64,000 bases of DNA from the sequence record OZ035741.1, one strand, 5' to 3'. Each line of letters starts with the position of its first letter. The stretch's first letter is position 1. Both the position numbers and the translations under genes were made by a program. This DNA comes from Felixounavirus LF82P2. The notes below the pieces were generated by a model. It was not told where the DNA came from and searched no databases. It saw nothing but the letters and a program-made list of their open reading frames with translations. This document shows positions 1 through 8,871 of the stretch, one piece after another.

Positions 1-1343
1 ACATTGACTCTAGGTACATCCCAGCAGCTACTTTGAGTAATCTTGCCAAGCTGAGTGATGCAAACACTTTCAGGTCTGCACAGGTTATCAATCTGAATGG
101 CTCATTGTTACAGCTAAAGAACACTACACAAGACAGAGAGCTTTACTTTGCTGGTCATAATGCTGATGGTGTTAGAAGGTGGTACATCGGTAATGGGGAA
201 CCATCCAACCCAACAAGATTTACTATCCGCAACGACAGAACTGCAACTACGCTTTATATGCAAGACGATTTCTTGTTGGATAAAACTGTCAGAATTACTG
301 GTCAAGTTCAACCTTCAGATTTCTCTAACTTAGATGCTAGATATTTCTTAAAAACAAAACTGTTAAACCAATCTTTAATGACAAGGACAGCTAATAGACT
401 GGATGACCCATCATCATTCAACAAAGATTGTTCAGGGTTTGTAAGAAACAACGCTATTGAGCAGGGTCTGAAAGATTTAGCCATCCATGTAGCACATTCT
501 GCTGGTATTGCTCATGCCAGAGGTATTGCTTTTACATATGGGTCTAAAGGTCTTGATGTCTTCACATACGCTTATGGGTCAGATGGAGCATATGTTGGAG
601 AGGCACAGTTGTATTCAACGGCATTTAAACCAGCCCCTTCAGATATTGGTGCATACACTAAAGCTGAAACTGACCAGAAGATTGCACAGGCAGTAAGTGA
701 CTCTACAGACCTTAACAAAATCTATCCAGTAGGTATTGTAACATGGTTTAACAGTAATGTTGACCCTAATACGGCACTTCCTGGTCTAACTTGGACGTAC
801 CTGAACAATGGTGTTGGTAGAACTATCAGAATTGCAGCAGCAAATGGTTCAGATGTTGCTACAACTGGCGGTTCAGATTCTGTAACGTTAGCTGTTGGTA
901 ACTTACCATCACACACCCACAGCTTCTCTGCTACCACTTCATCTTTTGATTATGGTACGAAGAGCACTAATAGCACTGGTGGTCATACTCACTCTGTAAG
1001 TGGTACAACAAGTGCTGCTGGTAACCACGCTCACCACTTAGGTCTGCTATTGGTTAATGGTGGTGATGCTCAGTACGGTTATACAACTGTTAGCAATAAC
1101 AAGACGAGAACTCTTGACTGGCTTGACAGAACTGATAACAAGTTCCCTAACACTAACACAACTGGTAACCATACACACACATGGTCTGGTACTACAAGTA
1201 ACACTGGTGCTCACACCCACTCTGTAGGTATTGGTGCTCACACCCATACAGTTAGTGGTAACACTGGTGGTACAGGTTCTGGTTCAGCATTTAGTGTCAC
1301 TAACCAGTTCTACAAGTTAATGGCTTGGGTGAGAACTGCTTAA
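1..1343 (+). CDS. tail fibre protein, distal/receptor-binding part (5' end truncated by window edge)
   Basis: Frame is open to window start; Gly/Ser/Thr-rich C-terminal region with repeated HTHS/HAHH/HTHT (HxH) motifs typical of phage fibre tips. Confidence 0.55.
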   Translation, partial: IDSRYIPAATLSNLAKLSDANTFRSAQVINLNGSLLQLKNTTQDRELYFAGHNADGVRRWYIGNGEPSNPTRFTIRNDRTATTLYMQDDFLLDKTVRITGQVQPSDFSNLDARYFLKTKLLNQSLMTRTANRLDDPSSFNKDCSGFVRNNAIEQGLKDLAIHVAHSAGIAHARGIAFTYGSKGLDVFTYAYGSDGAYVGEAQLYSTAFKPAPSDIGAYTKAETDQKIAQAVSDSTDLNKIYPVGIVTWFNSNVDPNTALPGLTWTYLNNGVGRTIRIAAANGSDVATTGGSDSVTLAVGNLPSHTHSFSATTSSFDYGTKSTNSTGGHTHSVSGTTSAAGNHAHHLGLLLVNGGDAQYGYTTVSNNKTRTLDWLDRTDNKFPNTNTTGNHTHTWSGTTSNTGAHTHSVGIGAHTHTVSGNTGGTGSGSAFSVTNQFYKLMAWVRTA

Positions 1344-1349
1344 TCCCTT

Positions 1350-1378
1350 GTTGACTGATTGTTAAGATGGTGTTAATA
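1350..1378 (+). promoter_or_regulatory. sigma70-like promoter (TTGACT-17-TAATAT)
   Basis: Consensus-like -35/-10 hexamers with 17 nt spacer upstream of small ORFs at 1423. Confidence 0.35.
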
Positions 1379-1422
1379 TTCTTTATGGGTATTCTCACCA
1401 TCTTGGCTGATGAGGTGATTAA

Positions 1423-1617
1423 ATGCCTACAATCCTAGCAATTCTTCTAAAAAATCTAGGTAGCTTCTTCTGGAAACTCATTTTATCCCTTCTAAGTGAA
1501 TACATGATTGAGAAAGTGTTCTTTAAGCTTGCAAGATACCTTGCGAGTAAAACAGACACACCTATTGATGATGAGTTCGTAGATAACTTAGAAAAAGCTT
1601 TTAAGGGGGAGAAATAA
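1423..1617 (+). CDS. hypothetical small protein
   Basis: ORF with hydrophobic N-terminus; no recognisable motif. Confidence 0.3.
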   Translation: MPTILAILLKNLGSFFWKLILSLLSEYMIEKVFFKLARYLASKTDTPIDDEFVDNLEKAFKGEK

Positions 1618-1989
1618 ATGAAGTGGCTAGAGGAAGCTTTTAAAAATAATATTGGTGCAATTGTAGTTGGTATTTTTAGTGTTATTGGGATGTATACCAC
1701 TATGCAAGTTTCAAGTGGTAAGCAAGAAGTGTCTGTCACAACAAAGTTACAGCAGCTAGATAATTATTCCAAAAGTAACTATTCAGCTATTCGTGATTTA
1801 CAGTCTGACATGAGACTGATTCAGCTAGGGATGGAGAACCAGAAAGTTCAGTTAGAGAATGTTAAGGGTGAAAACGCAAAACTTACCAAAACTCTTGATA
1901 AATTCTCTGACAGTGTGAATAATCTGGCTCAATCAGTATCAGCCCTCCAAGCTATTACTGAAAAGAACACAAAGAATACTGAAAAATAA
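1618..1989 (+). CDS. hypothetical membrane-anchored coiled-coil protein
   Basis: N-terminal hydrophobic helix followed by heptad-like Q/L/E-rich sequence; GGGG-AGAAATAA-ATG RBS. Confidence 0.4.
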   Translation: MKWLEEAFKNNIGAIVVGIFSVIGMYTTMQVSSGKQEVSVTTKLQQLDNYSKSNYSAIRDLQSDMRLIQLGMENQKVQLENVKGENAKLTKTLDKFSDSVNNLAQSVSALQAITEKNTKNTEK

Positions 1990-1995
1990 AGTTTA

Positions 1996-2024
1996 AGGCT
2001 CCTTTTTACGGGAGCCTTTTTTGT
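1996..2024. terminator. rho-independent terminator (bidirectional hairpin)
   Basis: AGGCTCC-loop-GGAGCCT hairpin followed by T-run, between convergent genes. Confidence 0.5.
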
Positions 2025-2025
2025 T

Positions 2026-2925
2026 TTACTTACCTACTGACAGAGGTGCTTCAATCTTCCCTGCATGTTGGTAGTTGTTAATGCCACCAATAAAATCACT
2101 TGCAGTAAGATGTTTTAAGTCACTTAAAGTGTTAAGTGGTACACCAATCTCAAAAGTAGGTGCATGGAACTCTTCGTTGTTCATCAGTTCATAAACCTGC
2201 TTCATATGATTCTGATAAATCTGAGTATCCCCAAAGACACCTATCAAGTATCGTGGAGTGTACCCAGTCATCTTACAAAGAACTTCCAGAATAAAACCAT
2301 AAGACGCAATATTAAACGGAAGTCCTAAAAAGGTGTCTACAGAACGTTGATACCATTGTAAGTCAACTTCACCTTCGTTAGTGATATAAATCTGAAACAG
2401 AACATGACAAGGTGCTAAAGCCATCGAGTTGGCTGCAATATCTGCTGCATTCCAAGCATTAACAAGCATGTAACGGTCTGTGATATCACCTTTCATCTTC
2501 GTTACTAAGGTCTCTAACTGGTCTACAACACAACCATTATGACCTTCAAAGTTTCTCCACTGAACCCCGTAGATTCTCCCACCTGCATCCTCTAACCAGT
2601 CTTGCTCAGAAGAATAGTTAGAGCTTAACCAGCGTTTAAAGTCATCTGACCAGATAGTCCAGCGTTCTCCATCATTTTCACCCCAAGTACGGTAACGGAG
2701 TTCGCCAAGTTTATTCTCACCATTCAGGAACCATAAAGCTTCCCCAATAACTTGCCGTGTAAACACCTGTTTAGATGTTAAGAGTGGAAAACCAGTACGC
2801 ATATCAAAGCGAAACTGTGGTGGAGCAAATGCAGAGATAACATCTCCAGTTCTTGTAGTACGCAGTTCACCAACGGATAAAACATGGTTCAGTATATTTT
2901 TGTAACTTGAATCTGCTTGTGACAT
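2026..2925 (-). CDS. thyA: thymidylate synthase
   Basis: 299 aa; ThyA motifs including active-site PCH (ALAPCHVLFQ) and conserved N-terminal FPLLTSK region; ORF appears uninterrupted. Confidence 0.85.
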   Translation of the reverse strand: MSQADSSYKNILNHVLSVGELRTTRTGDVISAFAPPQFRFDMRTGFPLLTSKQVFTRQVIGEALWFLNGENKLGELRYRTWGENDGERWTIWSDDFKRWLSSNYSSEQDWLEDAGGRIYGVQWRNFEGHNGCVVDQLETLVTKMKGDITDRYMLVNAWNAADIAANSMALAPCHVLFQIYITNEGEVDLQWYQRSVDTFLGLPFNIASYGFILEVLCKMTGYTPRYLIGVFGDTQIYQNHMKQVYELMNNEEFHAPTFEIGVPLNTLSDLKHLTASDFIGGINNYQHAGKIEAPLSVGK

Positions 2926-2926
2926 A

Positions 2927-3472
2927 TCAAAAGTGTCCTTTTACTTGTGGAACATAGATTTCAAAGGTTGCTTTACCATCTACTGATGGTTTTGACTGAA
3001 TCTTAGCGAAAATTTGACGGTCATGCAACTTATCAAAGAAATTCTCAAAAGGTAGATGCACAGTTGCCTCTTCAGTAACTTCATGGAAAACTGTATGGAA
3101 CACTACATCAGCATACGGTAAAGCACTGACAAGAATACCTACACCACCAATTACGAAGACGTCTTCTTCAATATTACTATCAAGATACTTTAAAAATGCT
3201 CCAAAAGAATCTTGATGAGCCTTAGCAAACATAACATCATCTTTGGTGAAGTCCATACCATAATAAGGCACAGAATTTGTTAAGATGAGGTTTGTACGTT
3301 CTGGTAAAGGTTTATTGCCCAGAGTCTTAAAAGTCTCGTTACCCATAACTACTAAGTTGTCTTTAGTAAGTCTCTTAAACTCTTGCATATCCTGTTTATG
3401 TCTAGGCCACGGCATACCAGTCGGTGTACCAAATTCACCGTTTTCACCACTTGCAAATATTAGCTTAATCAT
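2927..3472 (-). CDS. frd: dihydrofolate reductase
   Basis: 181 aa; DHFR-like N-terminus (IKLIFA..GxxGxxxxMPW) and VVMGxxTF motif; adjacent to thyA. Confidence 0.8.
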   Translation of the reverse strand: MIKLIFASGENGEFGTPTGMPWPRHKQDMQEFKRLTKDNLVVMGNETFKTLGNKPLPERTNLILTNSVPYYGMDFTKDDVMFAKAHQDSFGAFLKYLDSNIEEDVFVIGGVGILVSALPYADVVFHTVFHEVTEEATVHLPFENFFDKLHDRQIFAKIQSKPSVDGKATFEIYVPQVKGHF

Positions 3473-3729
3473 TTTGTAAACCCTTTCTTAATGAACCAGT
3501 TGATGACACTCTTCACAGCTTTATTGCTATGGTAGATTAAGTGTGGTGTAGGTTGGTATGAACCATAAGCCCAGAAAGCAATGATTTCATTACACCCTGT
3601 ACACCTTGTACTCTCTTCAGCGATATGACCATTGACTATTTCACTTACCTCACCTTGCAAGTCTGTACATCCACAATGTGGACATCGGATAGGTGTTCCA
3701 TCAGACTCATAGCAGTGTTCAATTTTCAT
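3469..3729 (-). CDS. hypothetical zinc-ribbon protein
   Basis: CPHCGC ... CTGCN cysteine pairs. Confidence 0.35.
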   Translation of the reverse strand: MKIEHCYESDGTPIRCPHCGCTDLQGEVSEIVNGHIAEESTRCTGCNEIIAFWAYGSYQPTPHLIYHSNKAVKSVINWFIKKGFTK

Positions 3730-4245
3730 CTATTTAACCTCAAAAACTGGCTCAAGAACCAATATAAAGTCTACACAGTCATCTTCTTCATCCAGAATAC
3801 CATCAAAGTTCTTAGGAACGAAGTCGAAGAGGCTCATAACAAAACAGTCAGAAGTGACCCTGATAGTTCCTCCAATGTTCTCTACAGTTAACACTGTACG
3901 ACTTTCTTTTACCTCCCTCAGAAGATTACCCACAAAGTCATCTAAGAAGTACTTCATCAGTGACTTAAACCCTTTAGGATAATCTGTACCAGAGTATGTT
4001 TCAATCTGAGGCACAAGCTTAACATTTATACTAGTCTTTGTTAAGAACGTGTTAGAGAACATACTATCAGGTAACTTACAAACAGTCTTCCCAGTACCTT
4101 CATGTTCAATCTCAACAAAACCAGCTTCGTCGCCACATGTAACTATTTTAAAAGATGCTTCATTCTCATACTGTGAAGCCATAAACTTTTTAAGCATCTC
4201 TTTAAGGAAATCTGCATGAGCATCTTGTAAGTAGATATCAATCAT
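3730..4245 (-). CDS. hypothetical protein
   Basis: 171 aa ORF in minus-strand operon. Confidence 0.4.
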   Translation of the reverse strand: MIDIYLQDAHADFLKEMLKKFMASQYENEASFKIVTCGDEAGFVEIEHEGTGKTVCKLPDSMFSNTFLTKTSINVKLVPQIETYSGTDYPKGFKSLMKYFLDDFVGNLLREVKESRTVLTVENIGGTIRVTSDCFVMSLFDFVPKNFDGILDEEDDCVDFILVLEPVFEVK

Positions 4246-4258
4246 AGTTAATCACCTA

Positions 4259-4618
4259 TTATGGGAACAAACACTTAATGTCATCGTTTTTGAAAACGAA
4301 ACTTGTGTAGTTATGACCATCAACATCCAACCAAACAGCCTGAACATCTACACCATCAAGATTCTGGTAAAGCTCTTTGATGAAGTGGTCTTTCACAAGC
4401 TGACTGCTAGTTGTTTCCAGCTTAATGTTCGAGATTGCTGAACCTACAGCCATATAGCCCATGACACGTTTCTTCTCAGTATGCTTAATCTTACCATCTT
4501 TGTAAGCCATAATGAGATTGGAGAGAATCTTCACACCATAATACTTTTCAAGGTGAGTGGGTACGCCATAAAAGCCTAATGCGAAGTTTTCAGAGTGGAT
4601 AATGTTTTCACGTTTCAT
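4259..4618 (-). CDS. hypothetical protein
   Basis: 119 aa ORF in minus-strand operon. Confidence 0.4.
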   Translation of the reverse strand: MKRENIIHSENFALGFYGVPTHLEKYYGVKILSNLIMAYKDGKIKHTEKKRVMGYMAVGSAISNIKLETTSSQLVKDHFIKELYQNLDGVDVQAVWLDVDGHNYTSFVFKNDDIKCLFP

Positions 4619-4619
4619 A

Positions 4620-4949
4620 TTAATCTGCCAACCTTAAATTAAAATTAACACCAAATTTTTCACATACTTCCAACATATACTCAAGGGAGACGTTACCAGT
4701 GAGATGGATTATGTTGGATACACGAGCCTGAGAGATACCACAAATTTTAGCAACTTGCTCTTGAGAAAGACCTCTGGATTTAATCTCTCTCTTAAAACGA
4801 TGTGCAACGAAATCTCTCATTTCATCTACATCCATTGGACAAATATAACTCTCCATTTCAGCCTCTCTATCAGCCTCCCAATCATCTTGTGGAGCATAAG
4901 GGTCAAAAATCTCATTCATCTTTCTTCTTCCGTTTGCGTGAAGTGTCAA
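4620..4949 (-). CDS. helix-turn-helix DNA-binding protein (XRE-like)
   Basis: LSQEQVAKICGISQARVSNI helix-turn-helix-like segment. Confidence 0.45.
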   Translation of the reverse strand: MTLHANGRRKMNEIFDPYAPQDDWEADREAEMESYICPMDVDEMRDFVAHRFKREIKSRGLSQEQVAKICGISQARVSNIIHLTGNVSLEYMLEVCEKFGVNFNLRLAD

Positions 4950-5124
4950 TCAATGAATCTATGTTTGTAGCCCTAACCTTTTCACGTTCATCGTTAAGAT
5001 AATCGTCAAGAGCCTTTTCAATCTGTGAATCATCTTGACAGATGACTGTAAAGACTGTAAATCCGTCTGTATCGTCAATTATCTTACCATAACCGCTTCT
5101 GGGATGTAACTTTTTAAGAGCCAT
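4912..5124 (-). CDS. hypothetical protein
   Basis: 70 aa ORF; basic C-terminus. Confidence 0.3.
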   Translation of the reverse strand: MALKKLHPRSGYGKIIDDTDGFTVFTVICQDDSQIEKALDDYLNDEREKVRATNIDSLIDTSRKRKKKDE

Positions 5125-5125
5125 A

Positions 5126-5509
5126 TCAAATACCTGTGCAGCTTCTGTTTTCTAAGAAATACTCAACACCATACATAGCTTTTTGCATCAAATCTTCTTT
5201 AAACTGGATACGGTGGTTGAGCATAGTTTGTACATCAATATCGTCATGGTGTTTATCTTTAATATTTGCAGATTGCAGGAAATACTCTGCAAGAACACGA
5301 TATTGATAGTCAGTTACCTTATCAGTCATCTCTGTCAAAGACTCTTCAGAGATTGGTTTAAGTAGCTCACCTTTAGATAGAGCAACACCTTTAACAATCT
5401 GGCAAGTGTCTTCTGGGACACCTGATAAGTCCACATTGGGAAGTTCTGTTGCATTGACTGGTAAATTCATTGCCATAACCATTGCAGCAGCTAATAAAAT
5501 CTTTTTCAT
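5126..5509 (-). CDS. hypothetical secreted protein
   Basis: N-terminal signal-peptide-like MKKILLAAAMVMAMNLPVNA. Confidence 0.45.
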   Translation of the reverse strand: MKKILLAAAMVMAMNLPVNATELPNVDLSGVPEDTCQIVKGVALSKGELLKPISEESLTEMTDKVTDYQYRVLAEYFLQSANIKDKHHDDIDVQTMLNHRIQFKEDLMQKAMYGVEYFLENRSCTGI

Positions 5510-5599
5510 AATGACCTCAAAGTTATATTAAATTTTGTATTACGTTGAGTATAAAAATAAGCTATAACACCTGACTTGTCAACAGATTTTATAGCTTAT

Positions 5600-5900
5600 T
5601 TGGCAGATTTTTTATAAGGCTACTGCCATCCTTCCATACCTTACCTTACCACACCTAACCATACCTAACCAAACTACACCATACAATACCTTGTTAAAAG
5701 ACCCTTTTAAAGACATTTTAAAAAGGTAAGTCTCATTTTAATGTAGCTGAGACTAACTACCCTTACCTAACCTTACATCACCTTACAAAGCCAAACCTCA
5801 CAATACCGAACCATACCTAGCATCACTTAAAAACCCTCTTAAAAGACTCTTAAATGATGCTGGTGAGTACCCGTTGGTTTATGCTGCTCAGTATACTCAC
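5600..5900. repeat. two tandem ~140 bp units: C/A-rich ACCTAACC-type short repeats, then TTAAAAG-rich AT segment, then a hairpin
   Basis: Unit 1 about 5600-5760 (hairpin AGTCTCA..TGAGACT); unit 2 about 5760-5900 (hairpin GGTGAGTA..TACTCACC); no ORF. Confidence 0.5.
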
Positions 5901-5913
5901 CAAATTTTCTATG

Positions 5914-6102
5914 TCAACAACTTTCTAATAAAGTTTTATGAAGATTTTGCTTAACGACCCGCCTCACATGCCTGTGTTCTTTCTTAATAAAGAGTGACCT
6001 CTTCTTGTCAGAGCGCCTATTCTTGTAAGTATTACTAGGATACTTATCATGAACCGGACAACAGCTACCCGGATTTGTAAACTTGATAATCTCTCTTTTC
6101 AC
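5914..6102 (-). CDS. hypothetical small basic protein
   Basis: 62 aa ORF, Arg/Lys-rich; weak. Confidence 0.25.
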   Translation of the reverse strand: MKREIIKFTNPGSCCPVHDKYPSNTYKNRRSDKKRSLFIKKEHRHVRRVVKQNLHKTLLESC

Positions 6103-7202
6103 TATTCATAATCCCTAATAACTAGCCCAACAGGGAACTGTAAAGAACCCTTACGAGTCATCTTCTGGAACTGAACCGTTAAAGGCTTCCCGATAAACTC
6201 TTCAGGATGCTCAGCAAGATACTGTTTCTTCTCGTGTGTAGTTTTCCATGAAACATCTACAAAGACGTTAGGAAGAGTCTCTACAACGAACTTACCATGA
6301 CCACGCTTATCGGTCTTTACACCAGTCACTTTAAACTCTTCAGTGTGCATCTTCTTGTGCTTAATCAAGAAGTATGAACGGTGACAACACTCATAGAAGG
6401 AGTCTTCAGAGATTGAACGGTACATTGCACCTTCAAACTTAGCTTCAACCCACTTATCATGAGCTTCATCAAACTCTTCCCAAGAATTTACACGGATAGT
6501 CTGTACAGGAACAACTCTACAGGTATCCCCAAGCTCAACAATAGGTGAGTTATCAATAACTTCACGACGCTCAGGCCAAGATTTTGAATTGTCACAGATA
6601 TCATACCAGTAGAATTTAAGAAGGTGACGGTCTGGATTGTCAGCATTCTTAATCATAGATACAATATCTTCTAAGTCCCAACCATGAGCATAAATCTCTC
6701 CGTCAAAGTCTTCAACTTGCGGATGTAATTTAAGCAACAAAAGCAAATCTGGGATTAGTTCTGTTGGAACGTTGTAAACAGTATTCTCACGAGAATAAGC
6801 TGTGAAACTGACTGCATCAGCATCTCTTGAAATTCTACAACGGACACCATCAAGTTTTGGTTGAGCATCAGCAGGGAACTTCAGATACTTTGCATGACTA
6901 ACCTTTGCAGCATCATGAGCAAGCTGTACACCTACCTTCTCAGTATTCTGTGCAGACTCTTTTGTGTAAGCATAACCTTTGCGGTCAACTTGCTTTTTAT
7001 ACTTAGCAGCAACTTCAAAGAGGGCTTGCTGTTCAGCGTTACGCTCATTCTTTTTACCGATGTTTTTAGGCTCTGCTGTATACTCTTCAAACATCATCTT
7101 GCCATTTTCTTTACCGTAGGTTGTAATAACTTTGTCACCTACAGCAACGCATGACCAGACGTTGAAGGAACCGTCTTTATTTTGTTTGTACAGAATTGTC
7201 AT
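6102..7202 (-). CDS. ATP-dependent DNA ligase
   Basis: 366 aa; KxDG adenylation motif (PKLDGVRC) and nucleotidyltransferase-like layout. Confidence 0.7.
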   Translation of the reverse strand: MTILYKQNKDGSFNVWSCVAVGDKVITTYGKENGKMMFEEYTAEPKNIGKKNERNAEQQALFEVAAKYKKQVDRKGYAYTKESAQNTEKVGVQLAHDAAKVSHAKYLKFPADAQPKLDGVRCRISRDADAVSFTAYSRENTVYNVPTELIPDLLLLLKLHPQVEDFDGEIYAHGWDLEDIVSMIKNADNPDRHLLKFYWYDICDNSKSWPERREVIDNSPIVELGDTCRVVPVQTIRVNSWEEFDEAHDKWVEAKFEGAMYRSISEDSFYECCHRSYFLIKHKKMHTEEFKVTGVKTDKRGHGKFVVETLPNVFVDVSWKTTHEKKQYLAEHPEEFIGKPLTVQFQKMTRKGSLQFPVGLVIRDYE

Positions 7203-7504
7203 TTTCTCTTACCACCAATCTCTACGTCGATAACTTGAACATCGCCAGCAACATCAAACTTATGTATGATGCTTTCCACAGTATAAGTCCAACCATCAAT
7301 GCGAACCATCTCACCTTCTCGTGGAACTATTGGATTACGTTGAGCTACAGTTGTAGTGGAGTGAACAACATCATAACGATAGATATAGTTTACTAGGACT
7401 TCCATCGTGAAAACCTCACTCAATAACCGTAGTATGTGATTGTCCATTTTTGCCATAGCTGTAAGATGTTGTTGTTTGAGAGTTTGGACATCTGACAACA
7501 ACAA
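7199..7504 (-). CDS. hypothetical protein
   Basis: 101 aa ORF abutting ligase gene. Confidence 0.35.
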   Translation of the reverse strand: MLLSDVQTLKQQHLTAMAKMDNHILRLLSEVFTMEVLVNYIYRYDVVHSTTTVAQRNPIVPREGEMVRIDGWTYTVESIIHKFDVAGDVQVIDVEIGGKRK

Positions 7505-7676
7505 TATCTCTGCTTATAGCATCACCATGTAACTTGTATACTCTGCAATCTTGCATCTCTGGTGGGAGGCTATAAGAAGCATTTTTATCTTCATAAGAAG
7601 GGTTGCAGCCAGATAGAAAAATAACACCAAGCGCAATTACCACTTTCCACATAACACTACTCCTATTACTGTTCAC
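7416..7676 (-). CDS. hypothetical lipoprotein
   Basis: Signal peptide ending in lipobox-like LSGC. Confidence 0.4.
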   Translation of the reverse strand: MNSNRSSVMWKVVIALGVIFLSGCNPSYEDKNASYSLPPEMQDCRVYKLHGDAISRDIVVVRCPNSQTTTSYSYGKNGQSHTTVIE

Positions 7677-7908
7677 GATGTTCTACTTCTCTGTACGTTC
7701 GTCGATAGTATATAATAAGCTGTGCTAACTCGTTGCTTTTAACATCTGAACGTAGCAGTTGCCAATCAAAACCTTTACCGACTCTTCCATATAAACTAAA
7801 CAGTTTTACTTTGCGTTTCATTTTGGTATACCAATACTCAGAAGTCAATATTAATACGTTCGCCCTTAAGGACTCCAGTACGGTCTCTTGCAATCTTGCC
7901 GTCAACAA
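7666..7908 (-). CDS. hypothetical protein
   Basis: 80 aa ORF. Confidence 0.3.
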   Translation of the reverse strand: MLTARLQETVLESLRANVLILTSEYWYTKMKRKVKLFSLYGRVGKGFDWQLLRSDVKSNELAQLIIYYRRTYREVEHREQ

Positions 7909-8065
7909 TAAGGATATGTGCAGCCCTTAAAGAGTCACTATTAAAAGCTTTTACGAACTTACTAGGCATCACTACAATGGGCATCTCCTGAATCAACTCT
8001 GGAGTATAGCAATTGTCGTGAAGTTGCTGAATAACGTCTGCAAGTGTCATTTTTGATGTCTCCAA
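7838..8065 (-). CDS. hypothetical protein
   Basis: 75 aa ORF. Confidence 0.3.
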   Translation of the reverse strand: METSKMTLADVIQQLHDNCYTPELIQEMPIVVMPSKFVKAFNSDSLRAAHILIVDGKIARDRTGVLKGERINIDF

Positions 8066-8256
8066 TACTCAATGTCAATAAGTTCTTGTGCAATGCTTTT
8101 AAGGTTACCTTTCAAGAAAACCTTCTCAGAACCTGAAAGAGATGAATTGTCAATTAACCTGTTCATTCTCTCAAACAACTTCTGCTTACGATTTTTGATA
8201 GTCTCCTTTGAAGCACCTTTCATCATTGCTGCATGGGTTCTTCCACGATGGCTCAT
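8047..8256 (-). CDS. hypothetical protein
   Basis: 69 aa ORF. Confidence 0.3.
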   Translation of the reverse strand: MSHRGRTHAAMMKGASKETIKNRKQKLFERMNRLIDNSSLSGSEKVFLKGNLKSIAQELIDIEYWRHQK

Positions 8257-8307
8257 AAGCCCTCCTATATAAGATACAGTATAAGGTACTCTTCCATGAG
8301 CACCTTG

Positions 8308-8871
8308 TCAACTTAGTTTTGCAAACTCTCCGTGGAGTTTAATAGCAGCTTCACAGTAAGCTTTATGGGCTTCTTCTGGTGTGTCAAACATACCAAGATG
8401 ATAGTTTTTACCTTGTAAACGTATCATTGCTCGAAACCTTTTACTTATCTTCTGTACACCTTTTGGCAACCCAGATGGGGACTTTCTTGACCGATTGCAA
8501 GAGTTTTGTGAAGCTGTACAAACCCTTAAATTCAAGTACCTATTGTCCCAACCGTCCCCATTCTTATGGTCAACCTGTAAGTTTTTATCAGGCAGGTATC
8601 CATCCACATATAGTATTGCTAGACGGTTAGCTTGGTAGCCTTTACCATCAAGCAATAACTGAACAGACTTGTGACCATCTGTGTTTATCCTATAATTTCC
8701 TGCCTTTTTACCTCCAAAACGAGAGTTGAAGTTCTTATTGCCTCGTGATACCGGCTCTCTAAACTTCCAAGTAAAGACCCCTGTTTCGGGGTCGTAGTCC
8801 AATAGCTCCTTAAGACGAATTTCTGTAATCATTTCAACACCATCAATGTACTTCCAACCAGCTCTTACCAA
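8308..8871 (-). CDS. HNH homing endonuclease (AP2-like DNA-binding domain)
   Basis: GVFTW motif, HKNGDGWDNRYLNLRVCTASQN HNH core; paralogous to ORF 18423-18947. Confidence 0.65.
   Translation of the reverse strand: MVRAGWKYIDGVEMITEIRLKELLDYDPETGVFTWKFREPVSRGNKNFNSRFGGKKAGNYRINTDGHKSVQLLLDGKGYQANRLAILYVDGYLPDKNLQVDHKNGDGWDNRYLNLRVCTASQNSCNRSRKSPSGLPKGVQKISKRFRAMIRLQGKNYHLGMFDTPEEAHKAYCEAAIKLHGEFAKLS

Noticed and set aside
2026-2925. Group I intron in thymidylate synthase or the nrd genes, as in T4 td and nrdB/nrdD
   Set aside because: thyA, nrdA, nrdB and nrdD each read as a single uninterrupted ORF with motifs in order; the HNH genes are free-standing, not intron-encoded.
5600-5760. Telomere-like CCTAACC repeats
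   Set aside because: Only a few degenerate copies in a C/A-rich tract; resemblance to telomeric repeats is coincidental.
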